Source: an uncultured Nitrososphaerota archaeon
Lineage (GTDB): Archaea; Thermoproteota; Nitrososphaeria; Conexivisphaerales; DTJL01
DNA: 64,000 nucleotides
Assembly (NCBI GenBank): GCA_963842885.1
Contig: CAWJIE010000003.1
Location: 320,001-384,000, forward strand
Direction: 5' to 3'
A program made the translations under genes and the position numbers. This document shows positions 1 to 10,373 of this stretch, in pieces. Each line of letters begins with the position of its first letter. Position 1 is the first letter of the stretch. The notes under the pieces were generated by a model. The model was not told the origin of the DNA. It was given only the letters and a program-made list of their open reading frames with translations, and did no database searches.

Positions 1-2
1 TA

Positions 3-473
3 AAGGGCGTGATCTTTAGGGATCTTACCCCGCTTTTCAAGGACAAGAAGGCGTACCGGTGGGCGATCTCTCGACTGGTCAGCTTCTACAAGAAGGAAAA
101 GGTGGATCTTGTCGCGGCGGTCGAAGCCCGGGGCTTCATAGTCGGCGCGCCTTTGGCACTGGAGCTCGGCGTTGGGTTCGTCCCCCTCAGGAAACCGGGG
201 AAGCTTCCCTGGAAGAAAAGAAAGATCACGTACCAGCTGGAATACGCGGAGGAATCCATTGAGATTCACGAGGACGCGGTGAAGAAGGGCCAGCGCGTCC
301 TGCTGGTGGACGACCTTCTGGCGACGGGTGGGACCGCATCAGCAGCGGCAAAGCTCATCGAGCAGCTGGGCGGCAAGGTCGCGGGGATGGCCTTCGTTGT
401 GGAGCTCGCATATCTAGATGGGAGGAGCAAACTGAAGGGCTACGACGTAAAGTCGCTCCTGGTCTACAAGTGA
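3..473 (+). CDS. apt: Adenine phosphoribosyltransferase (5' truncated by window edge)
   Basis: KGVIFRDL, EARGF, RKPGKLP, PRPP motif VLLVDDLLATGGT. Confidence 0.95.
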   Translation, partial: KGVIFRDLTPLFKDKKAYRWAISRLVSFYKKEKVDLVAAVEARGFIVGAPLALELGVGFVPLRKPGKLPWKKRKITYQLEYAEESIEIHEDAVKKGQRVLLVDDLLATGGTASAAAKLIEQLGGKVAGMAFVVELAYLDGRSKLKGYDVKSLLVYK

Positions 474-480
474 ACGGCCT

Positions 481-1153
481 TCACAGTTCTTCCGTCGCTT
501 CCCCCTTTATCCTATAAATCGAAACGTCGGGGAAGTTGAAAAGCCCCACCTCCACGACACCTGCGAAGCCCTTGACCTTCCTCTCCAGGGCCTCCGCGTC
601 CGAGATGGAACGGAACTTTACGTCCAAGATGACGTTTCCTCTTTCCGTGAGCAGCGGAAAGCCCCTCTCCAGCAACCTCATGCTGGCCCTCCCCCCTTCC
701 AACGACAGGCGCCTCTTGACCAGTTCGACGGCGGCGGGGACGACCTCGACCGGGACGGGCATGTCCAGGTTCTCTGACGAACTTCTCGTACCCCGCAATC
801 ACGAAAATCGACTTGGCAGCCTCCCAAAGGATCTTCTCGTTAAGAAGCGCACCGCCTCCGCCCTTGATGATTCGTCTTCTGGAATCTATCTGATCAGCGC
901 CGTCCACCACCGTGTCGACTTCCTTGATGAATTCAATCGAACCCATGCGGAGTCCCGCTTCGGCTGCGACGAGCTGAATCTGTCTCGAAGATGGATAGGC
1001 TATGAGCCTCCGCACGAGGGATTCCTCACCTTCGAGGGCGCGGACGAAATCCGCCGCGGCGCGGCCGCTTCCCAGCCCAAGAGTCCTGGAGGCCTGAAGC
1101 TGCTTCCTGAGCCTGGGCATCTTCTCCAGTTGAATCAACATAAGATGACGCAC
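481..1153 (-). CDS. rpiA: Ribose-5-phosphate isomerase A, split by a +1 frameshift near 775
   Basis: GLGSG, DGAD, KGGGGALLNEK in ORF 512..1153; C-terminus PVPVEV...GNVILD...GVVEVGLF in ORF 481..798; junction GTC-A-GAG-AAC. Confidence 0.9.
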
Positions 1154-1846
1154 CTACTGCTCCATGTCCATCTGCTCGAGCTTCGCCATGGCCTCGCTGA
1201 TGTCGTCGACGACCTTCTTCAGCTTCTCGTCCATGACCGGCGCCTTTTCCCTTCTGGCATCAGTGAGCTTCTCCTTCCTTTCTTCTCTCAGCGGCTCCAG
1301 AGCCTTCTCCAAAGGAGGGAGCTCCGCGCCGACCTTGACCTTCAGATCCTTCAGCCTTGCGTCGATCTGCGCCACCTTGGAGTTCACCAGGGAAAGGAGC
1401 TCCTCCCTGGCGTTCTCCAGGTCGGCAACATCGACAACGGCTTGGGCCTTGGATAGTTTCTCGTCGACTCCCTGAAGGTCCCCCCTATACTTCTGAGAAA
1501 GAAACTGCATTTCGTCCTTGGTAATCCTCCCCTGCACTTCGGCTTCGTAGACCCTCGTCAGGGCGCCGCTCAGGTATTCCTTCTCCATCTTCATGAGGCG
1601 GACCTCCCTGCGCGCGCTTTCCAGCTCGGTGGTCGTGGGGCCACGGAGCAGGATATGTTCCGCCGACTCGGCGACGGGCGGCGGCTCAATCCTAGGGGTC
1701 TCTGCCCTAGCTCTCCTAGTGCGACGGGAGTAGACATAGGCCCCCCCTACGGCAGCACCGAAGGCCGCACCGAAGGCCAGGCCCTCGATGATAAGAGAAG
1801 CGGAATCCGAGCTCAACGAAGCCTTTCCTTCTACGCTTGACGCCAT
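1154..1846 (-). CDS. Membrane-anchored coiled-coil protein, unknown function
   Basis: N-terminal Gly/Ala-rich hydrophobic helix followed by RRTRR, then long E/K-rich helical region; abuts rpiA start. Confidence 0.75.
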   Translation of the reverse strand: MASSVEGKASLSSDSASLIIEGLAFGAAFGAAVGGAYVYSRRTRRARAETPRIEPPPVAESAEHILLRGPTTTELESARREVRLMKMEKEYLSGALTRVYEAEVQGRITKDEMQFLSQKYRGDLQGVDEKLSKAQAVVDVADLENAREELLSLVNSKVAQIDARLKDLKVKVGAELPPLEKALEPLREERKEKLTDARREKAPVMDEKLKKVVDDISEAMAKLEQMDMEQ

Positions 1847-1886
1847 GAACTTCCCGTTAGTTAAGCGTATTCGTCACGAAACCGGC

Positions 1887-2054
1887 TCAATCCAAGCGCT
1901 TGGCCCAGCTGTAGGAGCGAAGCTTGGGCGACGCGCCGAATCCGCAGTTGGAGCACTTCTTCGAGTGGATGTTGTATGTGGCCTTCCCACAGCGGCGACA
2001 GACTATGTGAGTCTTGTGCTTGCTGTGCTTACCCGCTGACGGAGTTCCCTTCAA
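1887..2054 (-). CDS. rpl37e: 50S ribosomal protein L37e (absent from ORF track)
   Basis: Manual translation MKGTPSAGKHSKHKTHIVCRRCGKATYNIHSKKCSNCGFGASPKLRSYSWAKRLD; downstream of Lsm as is conserved in archaea. Confidence 0.96.
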   Translation of the reverse strand: MKGTPSAGKHSKHKTHIVCRRCGKATYNIHSKKCSNCGFGASPKLRSYSWAKRLD

Positions 2055-2083
2055 CTGAGATCATACAACCTTCTTTGTCTGGC

Positions 2084-2317
2084 CTAGCCGAGCGGAGGAG
2101 GAGAGATCAGAACCACGTTGTCTCCCCTTACGACGATCGTCCCAAGGGAGTTGGACTTCCCCTCTGCGAGCATCTCCTCCGACCCCTCCAAGATGAGGTT
2201 CATGTGCTGGTCAAATCCCTGAAGGGACCCCCTGATGACCTTGCCCCCTTTGAGCTTAATCAGGACGGTCTTGCCGATGCTGTCGTTCAGTACTTTGAAT
2301 GTCATGTCTGCGGCCAA
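2084..2317 (-). CDS. Sm-like (Lsm/SmAP) RNA-binding protein
   Basis: Sm1 GFDQHMNLIL and Sm2 IVVRGDNV motifs. Confidence 0.95.
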   Translation of the reverse strand: MAADMTFKVLNDSIGKTVLIKLKGGKVIRGSLQGFDQHMNLILEGSEEMLAEGKSNSLGTIVVRGDNVVLISPPPLG

Positions 2318-2398
2318 TTCTCGTCTCTCTCCTCGCTGTCGAGGGGGAGTCTATGCCCATATATTTAAATTTGCAACAGGCTCCCCTGCCCCCAGCCC

Positions 2399-2884
2399 TT
2401 GAAGATACAGTTCTACTCCAAACGCGAACTGAAGGAGATCGAAGACGCCCTAGGGGTCCAATGGAAGAACGCAACGGTCCCCGAGCTCGGGCTTGAGAGG
2501 AGGGGCTTCGTCGAGGAAGGCTCGTACGTGGCCCTTGGGAATCACACCGTGGTCGACGCCAGAGGCGTGTTCGCGCCGTTCTTGGGCGACGACGAACTGC
2601 TAAAGGCTTTTCCCAAGGTCGTGGTGGATATGGGCGCCATCAAGTTCCTCACCAACGGCGCCAACGTGATGAGGCCAGGAATCAGGTCGTTCCTCGCCCC
2701 CTTCTTGAAGGGGGACGTGGTGGTCGTGATAGATGAGAAACATGGCAAGGCGTTGGCCGTCGGCACGGCGATGGTGGACAGCTCAGAAGGTGAGAGGACG
2801 GAGAAGGGTCCCGTTATCAAGAACGTTCATTACATCGGCGACAAGTTCTGGAACGCTGTTAGGGAGTTGAAGGCTGAGGCCTAA
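2399..2884 (+). CDS. PUA-domain RNA-binding protein (MCT-1/Tma20-like)
   Basis: VVVDMGAIKFLTNGANVMRPGI, KNVHYIGDKFW. Confidence 0.9.
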   Translation: MKIQFYSKRELKEIEDALGVQWKNATVPELGLERRGFVEEGSYVALGNHTVVDARGVFAPFLGDDELLKAFPKVVVDMGAIKFLTNGANVMRPGIRSFLAPFLKGDVVVVIDEKHGKALAVGTAMVDSSEGERTEKGPVIKNVHYIGDKFWNAVRELKAEA

Positions 2885-3428
2885 GAGAAGCCGCAGAGCT
2901 GAGCATCTTCCTTCCTGTTTCGCTCTTGATTCGCTCGTCGGCCGTCATCCAGAACTCGTCAAGGAGCTCTTTCCTGATCCCCTTCCTTTCGTAGGCCGCC
3001 GCCTGCATCACCATCTCTAGTTTGTCCATGTCCCTCACCAGCAAGGCCTCCTGGCTGCTTCCATGGTTGAACTCCTCGAATAACGTGATGTAGGAGGTAA
3101 TCAGGGGCTCGGGCAGGGCACGAAGGAGATCTGAAAGGGCGACGCTCTCCTTCACGTCCTTCAGCGCGACATCCATTTCCCCCGGCTGAATGTCCCCGGT
3201 GACGGCTTCACAGACGTCATGAAGAAGGGCCATCCTCATCATCTTCTCTGTATCCAAGTGAAGGGCGTCGCCAGCGATCATGGCGGCTAGGGTCGTCGAA
3301 AAGATGTGATCGGCGACGGACTCCGGGGAAGCGACTCCCGCCCTTCGCTTCCATCCCTTCCTCTCGACGTCCTTGACGCCGGAGCACGCCGCCAGCGTCG
3401 CAAGCATCCCTTGAAAATCATCGTCCAT
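2859..3428 (-). CDS. HD-domain hydrolase (5'-deoxynucleotidase HDDC2/YfbR-like)
   Basis: RKGW, ESVADH, LLHD, GDI, DKLE motifs. Confidence 0.9.
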   Translation of the reverse strand: MDDDFQGMLATLAACSGVKDVERKGWKRRAGVASPESVADHIFSTTLAAMIAGDALHLDTEKMMRMALLHDVCEAVTGDIQPGEMDVALKDVKESVALSDLLRALPEPLITSYITLFEEFNHGSSQEALLVRDMDKLEMVMQAAAYERKGIRKELLDEFWMTADERIKSETGRKMLSSAASLRPQPSTP

Positions 3429-3589
3429 GTGTGTCTACGCGGAAGAGTAGGTTCCTTGAGATATTTGAACCCGGCTGCGAAAAACGCCTTGGAGCTACTG
3501 CTTTCTTACAAGCATGACAAGAATAATTTACCTAGCTAGGTATTGAAGTCACCCGTCTATCATTGTCTAACCAGAGCAGTGAAAGGTAG

Positions 3590-3880
3590 ATGAGTCAGGC
3601 TGCTACGAAGACGCATGAAAAGGAAACCGTGACATACTTGAAGGCATACCCGATCAAGAGTGCCGACGAGGTGCCCAAGGTCAAAGAGGACCTGCGCAAC
3701 GGAACTATCATAATCCTGAGGATAACTCCGCTGGCCAACAAGAGCATTGAAGAGCTCAAGCAGGCCGTTGAAGAGCTCTACGCATTCGCCACCGGCGTCG
3801 GAGGCGACATAGCGCGCCTGGGAGAGGAAAGAATCGTGATAACCCCCCCTAAGGTGAAGATCTGGCGGGCGCTGGGCTGA
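3590..3880 (+). CDS. sepF: Cell division protein SepF
   Basis: G-IIILRITPL, GGDIARLGEERIVITP archaeal SepF pattern. Confidence 0.85.
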   Translation: MSQAATKTHEKETVTYLKAYPIKSADEVPKVKEDLRNGTIIILRITPLANKSIEELKQAVEELYAFATGVGGDIARLGEERIVITPPKVKIWRALG

Positions 3881-3886
3881 AGCGAT

Positions 3887-5806
3887 CTAGTATAGCTTTA
3901 TGCTGTCCAGGACATTCGGCTGGTAGGCGGGAAGCCTGAATATCCTCTCGATGGATTCGGCGAGGTTCTCGCACTTCTTCCGTTCTCCGTGGCCGACTAT
4001 GACCCTCTGGAGCTTCGGCCTCAGTTTAGAGACATAACGGATTATCTGGTTGTAGTCGCTGTGACCGCTGAATCCCTCCACCTTCTCCACCTTGCAGTTG
4101 ACGTCCACTATCTTCATCCTTCCTCCGTCCTCAACGAGTGTGACTTGGCGGGAGCTGTCTAAGACGCGGCGGCCGAGGGTCCCCTGCACCTGATATGAGA
4201 CGAACAGTATCTTGTTCTTCGGGTCGCTGGCGAGCTCTTGAAAGTACTGGACTGAGGGTCCGCCCTCCATCATGCCAGAAGTGGCCATGATTACGGAAGG
4301 GCCGGAGGCCAGCGCCTCCTCCCTCTTGCTCGGGTGGTCTATGACGGTGAAGTATTCCGTGATGAAGGGGTTCTCGTCCTGGTCCACAATCCTGTCCCTG
4401 AGCTCCCTAGAGAGGTACTCAGGGTAGTACATGTGGATGGCCGTCGCCTCCCTAATCATGCCCTCGACGAAGATGGGGGCCTCCGAAAGGATGTTGTGCC
4501 GCATGTAGAGGTCCAGCACCAGCATTATCTCCTGTGCGCGCCCGATCGCGGGAACGGGGATGAGCACCTTCCCTCCTTCCTTCAGCGTGGAGTTGATGCT
4601 GTTGACGAAGGTCATCTCGGTCTCCTCCCTAGGCGGGGAGATGTCCGACTTGTTGCCGTAGGTGCTTTCGGTTATCAGGGTCTCGACCCTGGGGTAGTTG
4701 AAGGAGGCGGCCTCCAACAGCAGGCTCTTTGCGAACTTGAAGTCGCCCGTGTATACGATGTTGTGAGCACCTTCGCCCACATGAAGATGGACGGTGGCGC
4801 TGCCGAGTATGTGGCCCGCGTTGTATAGCACGAGCTTCACGTCGGGTGAGATGTCGGTCACCATGCCGTAGGGAAGAGGTATGATGTGGCTAACAAGGGA
4901 CCTCAAATCTTTCAGGTCCCACATGTACGATTGGCCCTCCATCGTGGAGACCTTCAGCGCGTCTGTAAGCAGAAGTTCCACCATGTGAAGCGTCGGCTCG
5001 GTGCAATAAAGGGGCCCCTTGTAGCCGTACTTGTAGAGGAGTGGCAGGAAACCGACATGATCAAGATGGCTGTGGCTCAGCACGATGGCGTCGATGTCCG
5101 CCAAGCTTGCGTTCAACCAGTCCAGCCTTGGGAAGCAGTCCGGCGGGTTGCGGTTGCCCGGATGGATGCCCCCATCGAGGAGTATCTTACTATCAGTAGT
5201 CTCTATCATCATGGAGGATCGCCCTACCTCCTTGAAGCCTCCCAGAGCCGTGAACCTGACCTCGTTCCTGTCGCTCATACGGGGCCTGAATATCCTCTCG
5301 CCGGTCTGGCGCATGAACTGGAGGCGCTCGTCCTGGGTCGCCTTCAGCGTGTAAAGGACGTTCTGGACGGTCGTGCTGGGGATATCCGAGGATTTCCTGA
5401 TCTTGAGGCGCCAACCCGTCGTGTCGAGGAGCTTGGTTACCTCGGGGCTGATGAGCTTGGGATGGCGCAGGTCTACGATTGCTTCCCCGGTCGTTTCGTC
5501 GAAGAACATATTCTGGAGGCCGGCATCGCGAGGGATGCAAGAGGCAAGGAAGTTCCTCGCTTCGTCCTCGGGCTTCCTCACGGACTGGTCCACCCTGATT
5601 ATCACCCTCTTCTTCAGTGAGTTCACTATCTCGGGGATGACGTATTCGTTGTGGTCGAAGAAGGTCGGGTTCTTCGAGTAGAGGGCTATGCGGGGGCCTT
5701 CATACTCTACCCTCACTACCTGAGCTTCGGGGGGGACATTCTGTAGAATCACCCCTACGATGCTCTGACTTTTTCCTCCGTTCTGGTTCCTCTGCGTCAA
5801 ACTCAA
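3887..5806 (-). CDS. fttA: Beta-CASP ribonuclease aCPSF1 / transcription termination factor FttA
   Basis: N-terminal KH region (EYEGPRI), GGFKEVGRS, HSHLDH, AGHILG, FSGHSD; coupled to psmB. Confidence 0.95.
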   Translation of the reverse strand: MSLTQRNQNGGKSQSIVGVILQNVPPEAQVVRVEYEGPRIALYSKNPTFFDHNEYVIPEIVNSLKKRVIIRVDQSVRKPEDEARNFLASCIPRDAGLQNMFFDETTGEAIVDLRHPKLISPEVTKLLDTTGWRLKIRKSSDIPSTTVQNVLYTLKATQDERLQFMRQTGERIFRPRMSDRNEVRFTALGGFKEVGRSSMMIETTDSKILLDGGIHPGNRNPPDCFPRLDWLNASLADIDAIVLSHSHLDHVGFLPLLYKYGYKGPLYCTEPTLHMVELLLTDALKVSTMEGQSYMWDLKDLRSLVSHIIPLPYGMVTDISPDVKLVLYNAGHILGSATVHLHVGEGAHNIVYTGDFKFAKSLLLEAASFNYPRVETLITESTYGNKSDISPPREETEMTFVNSINSTLKEGGKVLIPVPAIGRAQEIMLVLDLYMRHNILSEAPIFVEGMIREATAIHMYYPEYLSRELRDRIVDQDENPFITEYFTVIDHPSKREEALASGPSVIMATSGMMEGGPSVQYFQELASDPKNKILFVSYQVQGTLGRRVLDSSRQVTLVEDGGRMKIVDVNCKVEKVEGFSGHSDYNQIIRYVSKLRPKLQRVIVGHGERKKCENLAESIERIFRLPAYQPNVLDSIKLY

Positions 5807-6453
5807 TTAGCCTGAAGCGTTCGAAGGACTGCGTCCTTCTCCGCGGCGGTCAGCTCTCTGAAACCTTCCTTGTCGATGACCGCCACGTCGAACGAATCAC
5901 CGGAATACGTGTCCCTCTTCATTGCCGAAGTTACGCCCTTCACGGCAAGCTTGATGGTGTCGGCGACGGCCATCCCCTCCTTGTACTCGGCCTCCAGTAT
6001 CCCCAGCACGATCGGCGAGCCGCTGCCAGTAGACGTGTACTTCTCACTGGTGAGCGATCCGAAGTAGTCGACGTTGTACAGGGAGGGCCCTGTCTCGTCG
6101 AAGCCAGCCAGTATTATCTGGGCGATGAGGGGGTAGTACCTTTGGTTGAAGAAGATGTTCGCGATTAGGCGAGAGGCCGAGCTCACGGGTATGCGTTTTT
6201 CGTGATCCATCCTGTACATTGCCGCGTAGTACTTCGCGATGTCTATGACGTTCTGGGCGTCGGCCACCGAGCCTGCGATGGTCATCGCCAGATGCCGGTC
6301 GATCTGATGGAGCTTCTTGCCCTTGTGATGGGCTATGTAGTTGCCCATGGTCACTCGAGTGTCGGTGGCGACCACTACGGCTCCTTCGCAGACCATCCCA
6401 AGGGTGGTAGTCCCCGTCTTCGTGATATCCATCTTCTCCACATTCAAACCCAA
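5803..6453 (-). CDS. psmB: Proteasome subunit beta, catalytic
   Basis: Propeptide junction KTG/TTT, GSVADAQ, STGSGS; TTG at 6453 preceded by AGGTGA. Confidence 0.95.
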   Translation of the reverse strand: MGLNVEKMDITKTGTTTLGMVCEGAVVVATDTRVTMGNYIAHHKGKKLHQIDRHLAMTIAGSVADAQNVIDIAKYYAAMYRMDHEKRIPVSSASRLIANIFFNQRYYPLIAQIILAGFDETGPSLYNVDYFGSLTSEKYTSTGSGSPIVLGILEAEYKEGMAVADTIKLAVKGVTSAMKRDTYSGDSFDVAVIDKEGFRELTAAEKDAVLRTLQAN

Positions 6454-6539
6454 AGTAGTTTCACCTATGCTCTGAAGCGAGCGGTAAAAGCACCACAGAC
6501 TTCGAGAGAGTGGTAAATAAGCTTTGCACATCTATTCAA

Positions 6540-6712
6540 GGCCAAGCCTGCCGTCGTGTTGGGTCTACAAACGCGGTCCCTGTCCGATGACATGGAGGCT
6601 GGAAGCTAGGCAGGTGAAGCCAAGAAGGGGAACCGGACGATGCTGCGGCTTACCTCAGAGTTGACGCCCCGAGTCATAGGGGCAGACGAGAACTGAAGAT
6701 CTGGCAGGGGCC
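6540..6712 (+). ncRNA. Candidate structured ncRNA (~173 nt)
   Basis: Ends pair (GGCC-AAG-CCTGCC with GGCAGGGGCC); internal helices; kink-turn-like hairpin 6655-6696; TATA-like TAAATAAG at 6514-6521. Confidence 0.45.
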
Positions 6713-6745
6713 ACGTCCGTCACCGATGAAGCTTTATCAGATGTA

Positions 6746-7819
6746 GTGACGTGGCATGGGCCGTGTCCAACGGCAAGACATCTGATGGAGCTTCCATCGG
6801 TGGTGTTGGCAGGTCGGGACGTCCTGGATGAGACGGGCGAGCTGATCAGGGGCCAAGGCCTGGCCGGAAACGTCGTCATAGCCTCGGGGCCCAATGTCTG
6901 GGCCAACCTCGGCAGGAGATTCATGGGCAGCCTCGAGAGGGCGGGCTTCAGCAGCGCCTGGGTCCAGGTGGCTGCGCCTGACATGGCCTCCGTGGAGATG
7001 GTGGAGGAAGAGGTGGCAAGGAGTGGCGCCAAGATAGTCATCGGAATAGGGGGAGGGAAGTCCATCGACGTCGCCAAGCTGGCTTCCTTCCGCAAGAAGG
7101 CCCATATGATAAGCGTCCCGACCAGCGCGTCGCACGATGGCATGTCGAGCCCGTTCGCCTCCATCCGAGGGTTCGGAGGATCCTATTCCGCCGTGACGAA
7201 GCCTCCGTTTGCCATCGTCGCCGACATCGGGGTCATCTTGGGTGCTCCCCCTCGTACTTTCAACGGTGGCGTGGGCGACCTCCTTGCCAAGCTGACGGCG
7301 GTCAAGGACTGGCAGCTGGCCCGGGACGACAAGAACGAGTACTACGGAACGTATGCCGCGAACCTTGCCAAGATGAGCGGCATCATGGTGGAGGAGGAAG
7401 CCGCTAACATTGGGAGCAGGAACGAGGAAGGAGTAAGGGGATTGGTGGAGGCCCTGATCAGCGCCGGCGTGGCGGCGGGGATTGCAGGAAGCAGTCGGCC
7501 CTGCAGCGGAGCCGAGCACCTGTTCAGCCATGCGCTAGATAGGATAGCCCCCGGGAAGGGGCTCCACGGCGAGAAGACGGGTCTTGGGGCCATAATGATG
7601 GCCCGTCTCCATGGACTGGACTGGGAGAGGATTAGGAGGTCGCTTTTGGAGGCAGGCGCACCGGCAGCGGCGAGGGACTTGGGCCTGAGTGATGGGGAGG
7701 TAGTCGAGGGTATCCTGGCCGCGCCGAGCGTTCGGCCGGAACGCTATACCATCCTGCACAAGCTCAAGCTGGACTCTGGTCAGGCAAGGGCCTTGGCAAC
7801 GGAAACGGGCGTAATCTAG
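6746..7819 (+). CDS. egsA: sn-glycerol-1-phosphate dehydrogenase
   Basis: GGGKSIDVAK, PTSASHDG, SSRPCSGAEHLFSH, LHGE; true start uncertain (possibly GTG 6763 with an extra base, or ATG 6785). Confidence 0.95.
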   Translation: MTWHGPCPTARHLMELPSVVLAGRDVLDETGELIRGQGLAGNVVIASGPNVWANLGRRFMGSLERAGFSSAWVQVAAPDMASVEMVEEEVARSGAKIVIGIGGGKSIDVAKLASFRKKAHMISVPTSASHDGMSSPFASIRGFGGSYSAVTKPPFAIVADIGVILGAPPRTFNGGVGDLLAKLTAVKDWQLARDDKNEYYGTYAANLAKMSGIMVEEEAANIGSRNEEGVRGLVEALISAGVAAGIAGSSRPCSGAEHLFSHALDRIAPGKGLHGEKTGLGAIMMARLHGLDWERIRRSLLEAGAPAAARDLGLSDGEVVEGILAAPSVRPERYTILHKLKLDSGQARALATETGVI

Positions 7820-8578
7820 GCAGTGAGGCTTCTCTTCGGGGGCAGCCTCAGGCTTGGCTTCGGCCGGCTTGGCCTCCTCCTTGGGCTTCGCAGCAGCCGG
7901 CGCCTTGTACTCCTCCGAGTAGGTCAGTGAAGTGACGGACTTCACGTACTTGAAGACGTCGTTAGAGGCGGCCCTCTTTATGAACTGGAGACCGTCGAGA
8001 TAGAAGACCTCTTCGGGAAGCAGGACCGTGGCTGTGCCCTTCTCCGCGTCCAGCGATAGGTTCAGCTTGTCCTCGCCAATGGGCAGCCTTCTGAGCAGGA
8101 GGGCCTTTGCGATGTCGCCGGGCTCAGTGACCGTCTTCACGACTTCAAGGTCGTAAATCAGGTTCTTGCCGGCAAGACGGTGGTTGAAGTCCACCTGCAC
8201 TCGGCCGGAACCTATGTACCTTACGAGACCGACCTTCCCTTCGACCTCCACCTCGGCGCCGATGGCGAGCTCGTGGGCCTTCTCTCCGAACTTCTTCTCA
8301 GGAATGAGCTTGATCTTAGAGGGATCCCTTTCTCCAAAGCCCTTGTCCGGGGTGATTTCAACGTTCAGCTTGTCGCCCACGTTCGCCTTGAGCAGCGCGT
8401 CGTCCAATCCTTTGAGCACCCAGCCTTCGCCCACGCACACCAGATTCGGAGTGTACCTGGCGACGGGGTCGAAGACGCCCAAGCTCTTCGCGTCCTCTGC
8501 ACGGGTGGCTTCCAAGACCTCGCCCGTGTCCTTGACCTTGGCGACATAGTTGATGTATGCCAGCGTCCCGCTTTCCAT
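7816..8578 (-). CDS. Long-type archaeal FKBP peptidyl-prolyl isomerase (SlyD-like); probable +1 frameshift near 7826
   Basis: GEGWVLKGLD, PDKGFGERDP, VDFNHRLAGK; removing one base gives KPTA-stop overlapping the egsA stop (CTAG). Confidence 0.88.
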
Positions 8579-8637
8579 GACTAATCCTACCAGCATTAAG
8601 ACCCTAGGAGAGAAGTATAAAAGAATTAAGCGATGAA

Positions 8638-9811
8638 TCAGGCTGGAATGGCCTTGAGCCGCTCCTCCGCCGCCTTCAACATCAACGCGATGTCGACGCG
8701 ATATCCCGTGAAGTTCAGGGCTCCGCCGATGGCGCCCACCGTAGTCACCACATGCCATCCTGTCCACTTCACCCATGTTCCCTATCCTGAAGATCTTGCC
8801 CTTGAGCTCGCCAAAGCCTCCGGCGACGACGACGCCGAAGTCGTTCTCGAGCGACTCGCGGAATGACTTGTCATCAAGACCATCAGGATACCTGATGGAG
8901 ACGACGACGTTGGATCGGACATGGGGCTTGACGAAGGGCTGAAGTCCGATGCCGCTGAGGGATTCGTAGAAGGAAGAGGCTGTGGCCTTGTGGCGGGCTA
9001 TCCTCCTGTCCATCCCCTCCTCCATCACCATCTTGAGTGCTTCGTCAAGGGCGTAGAACAGAGGGAGGGCAGGCGTGAACGGGGTCTCCGCCTTCGCTCC
9101 GAACTCCGCGTACTTTGCGAGGTTGAAGTATGTGCTCAAAGGAGGGCTCGCCGCCAGTAGCTTCTTGACCTGCTCGTTGAAAGATATCAGCGCCAGTCCG
9201 GGCGGCGCCGCCAGACACTTCTGGCTGGCCGTGACGACCATGTCGATGCCCCATTTGTCTTGCGGGAGCTCGTCGCCCCCCAGGATCGAAACGGCGTCGC
9301 AAACACAGAGGGCGCCGAAGGCCTTCGCCACGTCCGAGGCCTCCTTCATCCACCTGTATGTAGTCCCAGGGGAGGTGTCGTTGTACACGACAAAGACCGC
9401 CTTCACCTTGCCTGCCTTCTTGGCCGCATCAGCCAACTGGTCAGGGCGCGGCGCATCCCCGAAAGGGGCGTTGACCCTGATGGCATGACCTCCAGCTTGG
9501 TCGATAGAGTCGGCAAGGCGCTGACTGAACTCTCCGAACACAGGGACCAGCACGTTGTCCCCATGCCTCACCACGTTCATGACGGCGGCTTCCACGCCGC
9601 CAGTTCCCGAACACGAGAGAACGGCCATGTCGGCTGAGGTGCCGAAAACGGACTTGGCGTTGGTGATTATGTTCTTCATGAGCGGATGGAAGCTCTCGCC
9701 CCTGTGGTTGATGACGGCCTTGACCATGGCGTCCATAACCCTGTCGGAGACGTTGGTCGGGCCGGGTAGCATTATGAGCTTGCGTTGCGGGTAGTAACCC
9801 ACGCTAGACAC
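8638..9811 (-). CDS. Class V aminotransferase (serine-pyruvate/alanine-glyoxylate family); +1 frameshift near 8758
   Basis: MLPGP, SGTGG, DAVS, SQKCL (PLP Lys), FRIGNMG; shifted frame continues WHVVTTVGAIGGAL...IPA-stop. Confidence 0.9.
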
Positions 9812-9836
9812 CGTTAGTGGTAGGAAAGCATGTTAT

Positions 9837-10373
9837 CTAAACCCTTTTGCCATTAGCGGAGTCTTGCTGAGCGAAGAGCTCCCTGATGCGTTCGGCCCCC
9901 TTCATCTCCTTGAGGTAGCGGGCCACCTCCTTTGGCACCAGATGCTCCCACTTCTTCCCGGAAGCTATCCTGTGGCGGATCTCAGTCGCCACAAGCTCCT
10001 CCCTTCGCAGGAGGGGGACCTCCTCCACGGGGATGCCGTTCTCCTTGCAGAGCCGTATGCTCAGGGAGTCGTTTGAGAGCGCGAGATCGAACCTCGGCGT
10101 GAGGGACTTCAAGAGAGGCACCCACAGAGAATGGTTCTCCACATCGGGGAGCTCGGCGAACATCACTTTGCCAAGGAGCCCCCTGCCGTGCAGGACGGTC
10201 GCGATCATCTCCATACGCTCTCCGGCGGTGAAGGGGTTCCTGAACTCGTGGCTCCTCTGCGAGCTTCCGATGACCAGTACAAGCCTGTCGGCGCGATCGA
10301 GGCCGTATTCGATGGCACGCAGATGGCCCAAGTGGAATGGCTGGAACCTGCCGATGAGGAGTGCTACTTTCAA
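9837..10373 (-). CDS. nadM: Nicotinamide-nucleotide adenylyltransferase
   Basis: GRFQPFHLGH, NPFTAGER. Confidence 0.93.
   Translation of the reverse strand: MKVALLIGRFQPFHLGHLRAIEYGLDRADRLVLVIGSSQRSHEFRNPFTAGERMEMIATVLHGRGLLGKVMFAELPDVENHSLWVPLLKSLTPRFDLALSNDSLSIRLCKENGIPVEEVPLLRREELVATEIRHRIASGKKWEHLVPKEVARYLKEMKGAERIRELFAQQDSANGKRV

Noticed and set aside
6540-6712. RNase P or SRP RNA identity for this element
   Set aside because: No GAGGAAAGUCC/P4 motif and no SRP helix-8 motif on either strand.
7535-9811. 758-aa aminotransferase-FKBP fusion in the ORF track
   Set aside because: Produced by two +1 frameshifts. The aminotransferase has a natural end at 8638 in the shifted frame, an AT-rich promoter-like gap precedes the FKBP ATG at 8578, and the tail would run antisense into egsA.
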